A DNA stretch of 32,282 nt, from assembly GCA_044220955.1 (NCBI GenBank), contig JBGAQA010000082.1, positions 1-32,282 on the forward strand, given 5' to 3'. Positions 7,956-16,640 of this stretch are shown one piece after another (the stretch's first letter is position 1; every line of letters starts with the position of its first letter). The DNA comes from Sandaracinaceae bacterium (lineage in GTDB: Bacteria > Myxococcota_A > Polyangia > Polyangiales > Sandaracinaceae). Below the pieces are notes generated by a model. It was given only the letters and a program-made list of their open reading frames with translations, did not search any database and was not told the origin of the DNA. A program made the position numbers and the translations under genes.

Positions 7956-8086
7956 GAGAGCGAGGTCGAGAGCGAGGTCGAGAGCGAGGTCGAGAGCGAG
8001 GTCGAGAGCGAGGTCGAGAGCGAGGTCGAGAGCGAGGTCGAGAGCGAGGTCGAGAGCGAGGTCGAGGTCGAGGTCGAGGTCGAGGC
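7956..8086 (+). repeat. Tandem array (GAGAGCGAGGTC)x9 + (GAGGTC)x3, right flank of the four-helix-bundle cassette
   Basis: Perfect dodecamer higher-order repeat of two GAGNNC hexamers, read directly from the sequence. Confidence 0.97.
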
Positions 8087-8100
8087 GAGCGCGGAGCCCC

Positions 8101-8643
8101 TCAGTGCACCACGTGCTCGTGCACGCTCGCGCCGCCCTCGACGGCCGTGCCGTAGATGTCCGCGAAGCGGAGCGAGCCCGGGCTCTCGCCGAGCGTGAGG
8201 TGCACGTGATCGAGGTACGCGTCGGTCCCCGCGATCGTCAGCGTCGCGCGCGCGGTACAGCCGTGCGGCGCGCGCGCCGTGTGCACCTCCAGGTGTCGCG
8301 ACGAGAGCGCGCGGATCTGGATCAGCATGGTCATGCCGTCCTCTCGCGTCTCGGTGACGCGCTGCGAGCCGACGCCGTATACCGGCCCCTCGAACATGTT
8401 GAGGCCGTGCGTGACGCGGCCGTCCGCGCCGTTCTCGAACTCGCGCCAGTACACCTCCATCGGCGAGCCGCTCGCGGGGTGACAGCTGGTGTCGAGGTGG
8501 ATGCCGTAGTCGACGCGGTTGCGGTCGTCGCTCTTGTCGATGAAGAAGATCGTCGGCACGTCGTGCCGCTCGAACTGCACGTCGGCGCGCGCGATGCCCA
8601 CGACGCCGAGCACGACGAGCGCGATCGTCGTAGCGCGCCTCAT
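8101..8643 (-). CDS. DUF4833-like secreted protein
   Basis: ATG at 8643 overlaps the upstream stop; signal peptide; IFFIDKSDDRNRVDYGIHLD...VYWR...LNMFEGPVYGV pattern. Confidence 0.75.
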   Translation of the reverse strand: MRRATTIALVVLGVVGIARADVQFERHDVPTIFFIDKSDDRNRVDYGIHLDTSCHPASGSPMEVYWREFENGADGRVTHGLNMFEGPVYGVGSQRVTETREDGMTMLIQIRALSSRHLEVHTARAPHGCTARATLTIAGTDAYLDHVHLTLGESPGSLRFADIYGTAVEGGASVHEHVVH

Positions 8644-9146
8644 GGCCGGGTCACCTCGGGCGGTCGGGACCCGTCCAGCGTGCACTCTTCGAAGGCCTCG
8701 CACTCGTCGAGGTTCTCGCCGTAGGGCCCGCCGTCGCAGGGGTGCTCGACCATCGCGAGGCGGCAGGCGACCATCTCGCCGAGCGAGATCGTGCACGGCA
8801 GGCTGCGGGCCGCGGCGGACCAGGCGTCCGGGACGCAGTGGTGCTCGACCACCGCGGCCGTCGACCCATCGGGGCAGCTCGCCGTCGAGCCTTCGAGGTG
8901 CACGTTCCGGTCGAGATACGGACAGAGCGAGACGAAGTCGTCCGGCGTGAGAGCGGCGACCGGCGTCGCCCAGGGCTGCGGCGGCGCCGGGAGCGGGCCG
9001 AGGCGAGCGTGCACCGCCGCGCTGCCCGGCAACGCGGCCTCGGTGCTCGTGGGCGTCGTCTCGTCGGACGGAGGCGGCTCGGAGTGCGCGCACGCGACGA
9101 AGAGGAGCGTGGCGCCGAGGGCGGGAACGCGGTGCGTCGGGCGCAT
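8640..9146 (-). CDS. Cys-rich lipoprotein, hypothetical
   Basis: Lipobox FVAC, 8 further Cys; tightly packed between neighbouring genes. Confidence 0.75.
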   Translation of the reverse strand: MRPTHRVPALGATLLFVACAHSEPPPSDETTPTSTEAALPGSAAVHARLGPLPAPPQPWATPVAALTPDDFVSLCPYLDRNVHLEGSTASCPDGSTAAVVEHHCVPDAWSAAARSLPCTISLGEMVACRLAMVEHPCDGGPYGENLDECEAFEECTLDGSRPPEVTRP

Positions 9147-9147
9147 C

Positions 9148-10305
9148 TCAGCCCGCGTCGGCGGCGAACGTGGGGCGGCTCGTGTAGCGCGCGAGGTGGT
9201 GCTCCTCGTCGCCGTAGCTCGCGTTGAGCACGCTCATGCGCTTGAAGTAGAGGCCCACGTCGTGCTCGTCGGTGATGCCGATCCCGCCGTGGAGCTGCAC
9301 GGCCTGCTGCACGACGAACTTGCCGCCGACGGCGAGCTGCGCCTTCGCGATCGAGATCGCGCGCCTGCGCTCCTCGACGTCGGGCTCGTCGGCGCGCACG
9401 GCCGCGAGGATGCACGTGCTCTTGAGCAGCTCGACCTCGACGAACATGTCGACCGCGCGGTGCTGCAGCGCCTGGAAGCTGCCGATGGGCACGCCGAACT
9501 GCTTGCGCGTCTTGAGGTAGGCGACCGTCATGTCGAGCACGGTGCTCGCGATGCCGAGGCCCTCGGCGCACGCCGCGGCAGCCCCGAGATCGAGCGCCGC
9601 GTCGAGCGCCTGCGCGGCCTTCTCGCCCGGCTCGCCGAGCAGGGCATCGGCGCCGACCTGGCAGCCCTCGAGCTTCACCATCGCCGCCGCGCGTCCGTCC
9701 ATCGTCTTGATGCGCTGCACGCTCAGGCCCGTCGTGCCCCTCGGCACGGCGAAGAGCGCCAGCCCCGCGTCCGTCTTGGCCGACACGACGAGCACGTCGG
9801 CTGCGTGGCCGTTCTCGACGAAGATCTTCTCGCCCGTGATCGCGAAGCCGCTCCCCGTCTTCTTGGCCGTCGTCGTCACGGCCCGCACGTCGTAGCGGCC
9901 CGCGCGCTCGGTCCACGCGAGCGCGAGGCTCGTCCTTCCCTCGATCATCGGCTCGAGGATCGCCTTCTGCTGCGCCGCGGATCCGGCCCGCAGCACGGCG
10001 CTTCCCGCGACGACCGCCGACGCGATCAGCGGCTCCGGCGTCAGCGTGGTGCCGAGCTTCTCGATCACGAGCGCGAGGTCTTGGAAGCGCATGCCCATGC
10101 CGCCCACGCTCTCGGGGTAGGCGAGGCCGAGCCAGCCGAGGCCGCCCATCTCCTTCCACACCTTGGTCTCCCAGCCGTGCTCGACCACGTCGCGCTCGGC
10201 GGTGCTGCGGAGCTTGCGGAAGCGCTCCACGGGGGAGCTCTTCTTGGCGAAGCTCGCGGCCTGCTCGGCCAGCATCTTCTGTTCGGCGGTCAGCTCGAAG
10301 TCCAT
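9148..10305 (-). CDS. Acyl-CoA dehydrogenase family protein (PimD-like, probably non-catalytic subunit)
   Basis: MDFELTAEQ start, RKQFGVPIGSFQALQHR, AVQLHGGIGITDE; C-terminal YGDEEHH lacks the YxGxxE motif. Confidence 0.93.
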   Translation of the reverse strand: MDFELTAEQKMLAEQAASFAKKSSPVERFRKLRSTAERDVVEHGWETKVWKEMGGLGWLGLAYPESVGGMGMRFQDLALVIEKLGTTLTPEPLIASAVVAGSAVLRAGSAAQQKAILEPMIEGRTSLALAWTERAGRYDVRAVTTTAKKTGSGFAITGEKIFVENGHAADVLVVSAKTDAGLALFAVPRGTTGLSVQRIKTMDGRAAAMVKLEGCQVGADALLGEPGEKAAQALDAALDLGAAAACAEGLGIASTVLDMTVAYLKTRKQFGVPIGSFQALQHRAVDMFVEVELLKSTCILAAVRADEPDVEERRRAISIAKAQLAVGGKFVVQQAVQLHGGIGITDEHDVGLYFKRMSVLNASYGDEEHHLARYTSRPTFAADAG

Positions 10306-10323
10306 GCTCGTCTCCGTCCGTCT

Positions 10324-11511
10324 CTAGGCGTTCGCCGGAAGCCCGAGGATCCACTTCGCGATCACGTTCCGCTGGATCTCGTTGGACCCGCCGTAGATCG
10401 TCGTCGCGCGCGTGTAGTTCATCGTGCTGGCGATCCACTGCTCGCCCGGGTCGACGACGCCCGCCTCGTTGAACCAGCTCACGCTGTCCGGGCCCATGAT
10501 CTCCATCGCGAGCTCGAAGCACTGCTGCAGGATCTCCGCGCCGCGGATCTTCAGGATCGAGCTCTCCGGCCCCGGCGCGTGCCCGAGCTGGGCGCCCGCG
10601 AGCGCGCGGTAGTTCTGCATGCGGAGCGACTCGAGGCGGATCTCGAGGCGCGCGATCTTGCCCACGAAGCCCGGGTGCTGCAGCGCGGGCTTGCCGTCCA
10701 CCATCGTCTTGCCCGCGATGCGCTTGACCCGCTGGAGCGCGCGCGTGCTCGTGCCGACCGCACCGATGAGCGTGCGCTCGTGGCCGAGCAGCGCCTTGGC
10801 CATCGACCACCCGCCGTCGATCGGGCCGACGACGTTCTCCTTGGGCACCACCGCGTTGTCGAAGTACGTGTCGCAGAAGGCGGGCGTGTGCCCCGTCGTC
10901 AGCATCGGCACGGCCTTCACGCCCGGCGTCTTCATGTCGATGAGCAGGAACGAGATCCCGGCCTGCTTCTTCACGGCCGAGTTCGTGCGCACGAGGCAGA
11001 AGATCCAGTCCGCGTACTGGGCGTACGTGGTCCACGTCTTCTGGCCGTTCACGACGAGGTTGCCCTTGCCGTCGTCGACCGCCGTCGTGCGGAGCGAGGC
11101 GAGGTCGCTGCCGGCCTCGGGCTCGCTGTAGCCCTGGCACCACTTCTCCTCGCCGCTGAGGATCTTCGGCAGGTACCGCTTCTTCTGCGCGTCGTTGCCG
11201 AACTGGATGATCAGCGGTCCGACCATCGAGAGGCCGAAGGGCGAGAGCACCGGCGCGCCGCTCCGCTCGAGCTCCTCGCCGAAGATGAAGCGCTGGGCCG
11301 CGTCCCAGCCCGTGCCGCCGACCTCCTTGGGCCAGTGCGGGGCGATCCAGCCCTTCTTGGCGAGGTGGCGGTGCCAGTCCATCACCTCGTCCATCTCGAA
11401 GTGGCCGTCGTCGTCGGCCTTCTTCTTGATGCTCGCGGGCATCTGGCCGGCGATGAAGGCGCGCACTTCCTCGCGGAACGCTTCCTGTTCGGGCGTGAAC
11501 GAGAGATCCAT
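10324..11511 (-). CDS. Acyl-CoA dehydrogenase family protein (PimC-like catalytic subunit)
   Basis: ATG 11511 (MDLSFTPEQ); WCQGYSEPEAGSDLASLRT, NGQKTWTT, TIYGGSNEIQRNVIA. Confidence 0.94.
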   Translation of the reverse strand: MDLSFTPEQEAFREEVRAFIAGQMPASIKKKADDDGHFEMDEVMDWHRHLAKKGWIAPHWPKEVGGTGWDAAQRFIFGEELERSGAPVLSPFGLSMVGPLIIQFGNDAQKKRYLPKILSGEEKWCQGYSEPEAGSDLASLRTTAVDDGKGNLVVNGQKTWTTYAQYADWIFCLVRTNSAVKKQAGISFLLIDMKTPGVKAVPMLTTGHTPAFCDTYFDNAVVPKENVVGPIDGGWSMAKALLGHERTLIGAVGTSTRALQRVKRIAGKTMVDGKPALQHPGFVGKIARLEIRLESLRMQNYRALAGAQLGHAPGPESSILKIRGAEILQQCFELAMEIMGPDSVSWFNEAGVVDPGEQWIASTMNYTRATTIYGGSNEIQRNVIAKWILGLPANA

Positions 11512-11540
11512 CCTCTTTGTCTCCTGCTCCTCGGGTCGAC

Positions 11541-11861
11541 TCAGGCGGGCTTCGCCTCGGCGAGCATCTTCACCAGCTGGTTGATCGCCCAGGCCTCTTT
11601 CGCGCGCAGCGATCCGAACTGCACTCCGACCGTGCCGCCCTGGATCCAGCGGACCGTGACGGGGATGTCGAGCGCGGTCGCGTGGGGAGGAAGGGCCGCC
11701 TTCAGCCTTACGGTCGCGCCGAAGGGGACGCCCTCGCCGCCCGCGATCAGCATGCCGCCCGAGCTGAGGTTCCGGGACTCGGCGGCGATCTCGCGGCCCT
11801 CGTGCACCAGGACGACCGGGATCGCGATCTCGAGCCTCTCGTGCTGTCGCTTGTTGGTCAC
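11541..11861 (-). CDS. Single-domain PilZ protein (c-di-GMP receptor)
   Basis: RQHER (RxxxR) and NLSSGG ((D/N)xSxxG) motifs, VRW and GVQF strands; GTG start inferred. Confidence 0.88.
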   Translation of the reverse strand: MTNKRQHERLEIAIPVVLVHEGREIAAESRNLSSGGMLIAGGEGVPFGATVRLKAALPPHATALDIPVTVRWIQGGTVGVQFGSLRAKEAWAINQLVKMLAEAKPA

Positions 11862-11944
11862 GAATCGTCTTTCCGGGCCCGGCCGCTGTCTCGTAGGCTG
11901 GAGTCTCACTATAGCGAGAAGCTCCCCGGAGGGAACAGCGCACC

Positions 11945-12829
11945 GTGGCTGACGAGATACGCACCGAGAGCATCGCCGGCAAGGACGGCCCGGCCGGGCG
12001 ATCGGGACGCGCCGAGCTGGCGGCGCTCGTGCTGGCGGTCTCGATTCCGGCGGGTCTGATCGCCCTCTGGGCGAGCCCGCGGGCGGCCCGGCCGGTCGAG
12101 ATGCCGCCGCTCGTGCTGCCGTCCGCCGAGGTCGCGCGGGCGATCGCCGCGGAGAACGCCCTCGGGGCCGAGGCGACCGACGACGACCACGAGGCCGCCC
12201 GTCGCGAGCTCTACCTGGCGCAGGGACTGGCCGAGGTGCGGATGGACGACTTCCCCGAGGAGGCCTCGGGACGTGCGGCGCGGCTCGCGCACCTCACGAG
12301 CGAGATCGGCGCGGCGGACCCGGCGGCGATCCCGCGCGCGCGCGCCCGGGACGTGGTCCGGATGATGTCGGCCCTGCGCGGCGAGGGGCACCTCGACGCC
12401 ACCGGTCGGGCCTCGGAGCTCGGGGTGTTCCCGCAGATGCTCGAGCGCTACGGCGCCGTCGTGGCGGGGCGCCGCGTCGCCCCCGAATTCGTGATCCGCA
12501 CCATGTTCTACGCGCGATGGAACGCCATCCACGGGATCGCGATGACCGAGGGCATGACGGCGCTGCAGCTGCGCGCGTACTACGGCTGGCTCGCCCTCGA
12601 GGGCGGGGCCGCCCCGCTCGGGATGCGCATCGAGGCGCTGGACGCGTACGCTGCGGCGGGCGGCAGCCGTGTCTGGGAGGCGCGCGGCGTGCTCGCGTTC
12701 GAGGGCGGCGAGATGGCGGAGGCGCGCGGGGACTTCGAGCGCGCCTGCGACCTGACGGGCTCGCTCCGCCTGCGCAACCACGCCCTCGAGGCCGAGCGCG
12801 TGGCGCTCGAGGACGGCGCCGCGCTCTGA
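11945..12829 (+). CDS. Hypothetical membrane-anchored helical/TPR-like protein
   Basis: GC3-biased ORF, one N-terminal TM helix, C-terminal TPR-like ARGVLAFEGGEMAEARGDFERA. Confidence 0.75.
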   Translation: MADEIRTESIAGKDGPAGRSGRAELAALVLAVSIPAGLIALWASPRAARPVEMPPLVLPSAEVARAIAAENALGAEATDDDHEAARRELYLAQGLAEVRMDDFPEEASGRAARLAHLTSEIGAADPAAIPRARARDVVRMMSALRGEGHLDATGRASELGVFPQMLERYGAVVAGRRVAPEFVIRTMFYARWNAIHGIAMTEGMTALQLRAYYGWLALEGGAAPLGMRIEALDAYAAAGGSRVWEARGVLAFEGGEMAEARGDFERACDLTGSLRLRNHALEAERVALEDGAAL

Positions 12830-12952
12830 GAGAGCGGTCCGGCGCGCCGCGCGGGTCGGTCACCGTTCGACCACGCCAGGGTTGCGCGCGGGAAGAACCG
12901 GAACATCCTCGGCAGCTTTCGCGTACCCTACGCGAGCACGGCGGGATGAGCG

Positions 12953-13840
12953 ATGCGCGTCGACCTACGCAAGACTCTGTTCATTCTCCCGAACCTGTTC
13001 ACGCTCTCGAGCATCTTCTGCGGCTTCTACGCGATGCTCGTCTGCACCTCGCCGGCGGTGCCCATCCCCGGCGGCACCACGACCCCCGCGGGGGACGGAG
13101 ACGTCAGCCCCGAGGCGTTCTACAAGGCCTCGATCCTGATCGTGTTCGCGATGTTCTTCGACACGATCGACGGGCGCGTCGCGCGCCTGACCAAGACGCA
13201 GAGCGCGTTCGGCGTGCAGATCGACTCGCTCGCCGACGTCGTGAGCTTCGGGGCAGCGCCCGCCGTGCTCATCTACCGATGGTCGCTCCACCAGCTCGGC
13301 GTGCTCGGGCTCGTCGCGAGCTTCGTCTTCCTCGGCTCCGGTGCGATCCGCCTCGCGCGCTTCAACGTGCTGGCGATGGGCGCGGGCGGCGCGCCGAAGA
13401 AGCCCAGCAAGTTCATCCTCGGCCTCCCGATCCCGGGCGCGGCCGGCATCGTCGTGGCGCTCGTGGTCGCGAACTGGTTCCTGAACGTGCCGGCGCTGCG
13501 GCTCGACAGGCACCCCGAGATCGTGCTCGCGATCGTGCTCGTCCTCTCGTTCTTCATGGTGAGCACGATCAAGTTCCGCTCGTTCAAGAACGTGAAGCTC
13601 TCGCTCGCCTCCGTGCTCGTCGTCGTCGGCGCGGTCGGCTCGACGATCGCGATGATGATGCTCTTCCACTGGAGCGTCGCGCTGGTCTGGCTGCTCTGTG
13701 GCTACGTCACGCTGGGGGTGATCGAGGCGATCCTCGAGCTCTCGCGCGTGGCGACGGGGCGCCCGCGACGTCTCGTGGACGACCACTCCGACGCCGCGCC
13801 GCCGGCGGCCGACGAGCCCGCTCGCCCGTCGCGCCCCTGA
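12953..13840 (+). CDS. pssA: CDP-diacylglycerol--serine O-phosphatidyltransferase
   Basis: LPNLFTL, CDP-alcohol motif DTIDGRVARLTKTQSAFGVQIDSLADVVSFG, RLARFNV, GLPIP. Confidence 0.95.
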   Translation: MRVDLRKTLFILPNLFTLSSIFCGFYAMLVCTSPAVPIPGGTTTPAGDGDVSPEAFYKASILIVFAMFFDTIDGRVARLTKTQSAFGVQIDSLADVVSFGAAPAVLIYRWSLHQLGVLGLVASFVFLGSGAIRLARFNVLAMGAGGAPKKPSKFILGLPIPGAAGIVVALVVANWFLNVPALRLDRHPEIVLAIVLVLSFFMVSTIKFRSFKNVKLSLASVLVVVGAVGSTIAMMMLFHWSVALVWLLCGYVTLGVIEAILELSRVATGRPRRLVDDHSDAAPPAADEPARPSRP

Positions 13841-13856
13841 CTGTCAGAGTCGGTGG

Positions 13857-14372
13857 ATGCTTCGCCGCCCGCCGCCCGCCGCCCTCGCGCTGATCGCTGC
13901 TCTCGCCGGTTGTGCCGCGCAGGATCCGCCGATGACCCGGAGCTGCCGCGGCGAGTACGTCAACGAGTGCCGGCCGCGCACGTACGCCCGCGTGACGGCC
14001 GCGACGCTCACGCCCGAGCGCATCACGCTGAACGATCCGACGATGCACGCGATGGTTCACGTCGAGTTCACCCGCTGCGACATGGCCCCGCTGCCGCTCT
14101 ACGTGCAGGTGGCGGCGTTCATCGGCGGCGGTGACGGGGCGATCCCCGAGCCCGACGGCGGGAGCACGAGCGCGCGCGTCGTCCCGCTCACGATGATCGG
14201 GCCGGCCGACCCCGGGGCGAGCAGCATCGACGTGACGATCCCCAACCCCTTCTTCGCGAACGTGCCCGCGGATCGCGACATCACGCTCCAGTTCGCGCCC
14301 ATCATCGACGACTGCCAGGGCGAGCTCGTGTCCGTCCGGTACCACACCGGGGTGCTCGCCACGATGCCGTGA
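13857..14372 (+). CDS. Hypothetical lipoprotein
   Basis: Lipobox LAGC; beta-rich mature part; GC3 bias. Confidence 0.78.
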   Translation: MLRRPPPAALALIAALAGCAAQDPPMTRSCRGEYVNECRPRTYARVTAATLTPERITLNDPTMHAMVHVEFTRCDMAPLPLYVQVAAFIGGGDGAIPEPDGGSTSARVVPLTMIGPADPGASSIDVTIPNPFFANVPADRDITLQFAPIIDDCQGELVSVRYHTGVLATMP

Positions 14373-14387
14373 GGGCTCTCGCGCCCG

Positions 14388-15776
14388 TCAGGGTGCGCGA
14401 TCGAAGCCGGTGATGCGCGGTGGATCGATAGGGCCCTCGAGCGGGTCGACGCAGGCGACGCCGGAGGCCGCGACGACGCACACGGCGCGCCCGATCGCGA
14501 AGAGCTCGCCCGTCAGCGCGCCCGGCATCGGGATCTCCTCGCCGGTCGCCCGCTCGAAGCACCGCGCGTGCTCGTCGCGATCGAGGCCACATGCAGCGCC
14601 GTGCCATCCGTCGAGGACCACGAGCGAGCGCAGCGGAGCGACCGGCAGCCGCACCGGCGCGTCCTCGGAGGGCGGGGCCCGGAAGCACGTCACGGCTCCC
14701 TGCGCGTCCACGGCGCAGCCCGAGCCGTCGTCGGCCGGCACCGCGTCGACGACCGCGCCGAGCTCGGGGTGCAGGAGCACGCGCTCCACGCGGCCGCGAT
14801 CGCTCCACTCGATGCAGCCCGCCGTCCCGGCCTCGTCGACGAGGCACACCGCGCGCCCATCGAGGGTGTCGCACGCGCGCACCGAGCGGATCGCGTCGAC
14901 GCGCGGCAAGGCGTGCGGCCAGCCGAAGGCGCTGCCGTCGTCGCGTCGCCCGACGATCTCGACGGATGTCACCGCGAGCTCGACGACGCCCTCGCTCTCG
15001 GGGAGCGCCCAGGGCAGGCGGCCGTCGGTGGGCGGGCGCAGCAGCTCGCGTCCGCCCCAGCAGACCGCCCCGCCGGACGCGCGGATCGCGCAGCTGACGC
15101 CGTCGGCGAGCGCGAGGCTCGTCGCGTCGTCGAGCTGGGCGACCGGTCCCGGCCGCTCCTCGGAGCTCGTGCGTCCGTTGCCGAGCTCGCCCTGGTAGTT
15201 GGCGCCGAGGCACGCGACCTGGCCGGTGGAGAGCAGCGCGCACTGGTGCAGGCCCGTGGCCCCGACCGACGTGATCCGGCCGGGCAGCTCCGTGAAGGCC
15301 ACGTGGGCGCTCAGGTGCTCGAGCGCGCCGAGGCCGACGACGACGACGGGGACCACGCCGAGGATGGCCCAGCCTCGGGTGCGCGCGGGGCCGCGGAGCG
15401 CGAGCAGGGCGATGCTCGCGCCGACGAGGCACGCAGGGATGATCGCGGTGCGGACGAGCCAGGTGACGAGCTCGCCGCGCTCGAAGAAGGCGGCGAGCAA
15501 GAGGTGCATCCCGAGCAGCACCGAGGAGAGCACGACCGCCCAGCCGGCACCTCGGCCGTCGGGACGCCGGACCGCGCGGTGCACGGAGACGGCCCACGAC
15601 ACGAGGAGCGCCAGCGCGCTCGAGCCCGCGACCGCGAGGACGACGACGACGACGAGCGCGATCGCCGCCCCGACGGCGCCGAGCGCGCTTCCGGCGGCTG
15701 CGCACCCCGGAATCGTGGCGAGCGTGATCGCGATCCCGACGGCGGTCCCGGGCTCCGCCTTCCCCCGAACGTCCAC
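14388..15776 (-). CDS. Membrane protein with C-terminal RCC1-like repeat beta-propeller
   Basis: 4-5 N-terminal TM helices, then HQCALLSTGQVACLGANYQGELGNG and SCAIRASGGAVCWG repeats; GTG start at 15776 inferred. Confidence 0.75.
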   Translation of the reverse strand: MDVRGKAEPGTAVGIAITLATIPGCAAAGSALGAVGAAIALVVVVVLAVAGSSALALLVSWAVSVHRAVRRPDGRGAGWAVVLSSVLLGMHLLLAAFFERGELVTWLVRTAIIPACLVGASIALLALRGPARTRGWAILGVVPVVVVGLGALEHLSAHVAFTELPGRITSVGATGLHQCALLSTGQVACLGANYQGELGNGRTSSEERPGPVAQLDDATSLALADGVSCAIRASGGAVCWGGRELLRPPTDGRLPWALPESEGVVELAVTSVEIVGRRDDGSAFGWPHALPRVDAIRSVRACDTLDGRAVCLVDEAGTAGCIEWSDRGRVERVLLHPELGAVVDAVPADDGSGCAVDAQGAVTCFRAPPSEDAPVRLPVAPLRSLVVLDGWHGAACGLDRDEHARCFERATGEEIPMPGALTGELFAIGRAVCVVAASGVACVDPLEGPIDPPRITGFDRAP

Positions 15777-15896
15777 CCGACGAGGATAGTCGCCCGGGCG
15801 CCCGCGCGCGTGCTGGACCGACGGACGACGGAATGGACCGAGCGAGCGTGCGCGGACCCGGCGGGGTGCATCGTGTCCTTCGAGGAGAACGCGAAC

Positions 15897-16640
15897 ATGA
15901 AGGGACGCATCGACGACGGGGCGCCGCGGAGTCTGCGCGGGCTGAAGGTGGTGGTGACCGGCGGGACGGCCGGGCTGGGACGAGCGCTCGTGGGCGAGCT
16001 GAGCGCGCGCGGCGCGCGGGTCGGCTTCGTGGCGCGGCGGCGCGAGCTCGTCGAGCAGGTGGAGCGCGAGGCGCCGGGCACGGTGGGCGTGGTGGGCGAC
16101 GTCGGGAGCAAGGACGACGTACACCCCATCGCGCTGCAGCTCTCGGCGCGGCTCGGCGGCGTCGACGTGCTCATCCACAACGCGTCGAGCCTCGGACCGG
16201 TGCCGCTCCGGCCGCTGGCCGACACCGAGTGCGAGGACCTCGAGCGCGCCCTCGCGGTGAACGTGCTCGGCCCCTTCCGGCTCACCAAGGCGATGCTCGG
16301 CGCGCTCGTCGCTTCGGCGAGCCGCGGCGTCGGCGGGCTCGTGATCGCGGTCTCGAGCGACGCGGCCGTGACGCCCTATCCGGGGTGGGGCGCGTACGGC
16401 GCGAGCAAGGCGGCGCTCGCGCACCTCTCGGCGATCTGGGACGCCGAGCTCGGAGAGCAGGGCGTGCGCTTCGTCTCGCTCGACCCCGGCGACATGGACA
16501 CGGCGCTGCACGCGCTCGCGATCCCCGATGCCGATCGCGCGAGCCTGAAGCGGCCCGAGACCAGCGCGAGGGAGATCGCCGATCGGATCGCCGAGCGCCT
16601 CCACGCGCCCGCCGCCGCGCTCGCTGTGGAGGCGTCGTGA
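15897..16640 (+). CDS. SDR family oxidoreductase
   Basis: GAGGAG RBS; TGGTAGLG, HNAS, SSDAA and YGASK catalytic motifs. Confidence 0.92.
   Translation: MKGRIDDGAPRSLRGLKVVVTGGTAGLGRALVGELSARGARVGFVARRRELVEQVEREAPGTVGVVGDVGSKDDVHPIALQLSARLGGVDVLIHNASSLGPVPLRPLADTECEDLERALAVNVLGPFRLTKAMLGALVASASRGVGGLVIAVSSDAAVTPYPGWGAYGASKAALAHLSAIWDAELGEQGVRFVSLDPGDMDTALHALAIPDADRASLKRPETSAREIADRIAERLHAPAAALAVEAS

Noticed and set aside
6583..8086. CRISPR array interpretation of the repeats
   Set aside because: Units are contiguous 6/12-mers with no unique spacers, and there are no cas genes
8651..11952. Very long alternative-frame or antisense ORFs (e.g. 8791..11952, 8651..11143, 27689..31177)
   Set aside because: Shadow ORFs typical of high-GC DNA; Arg/Ala/Gly-rich, with no motifs, and overlapping well-supported genes
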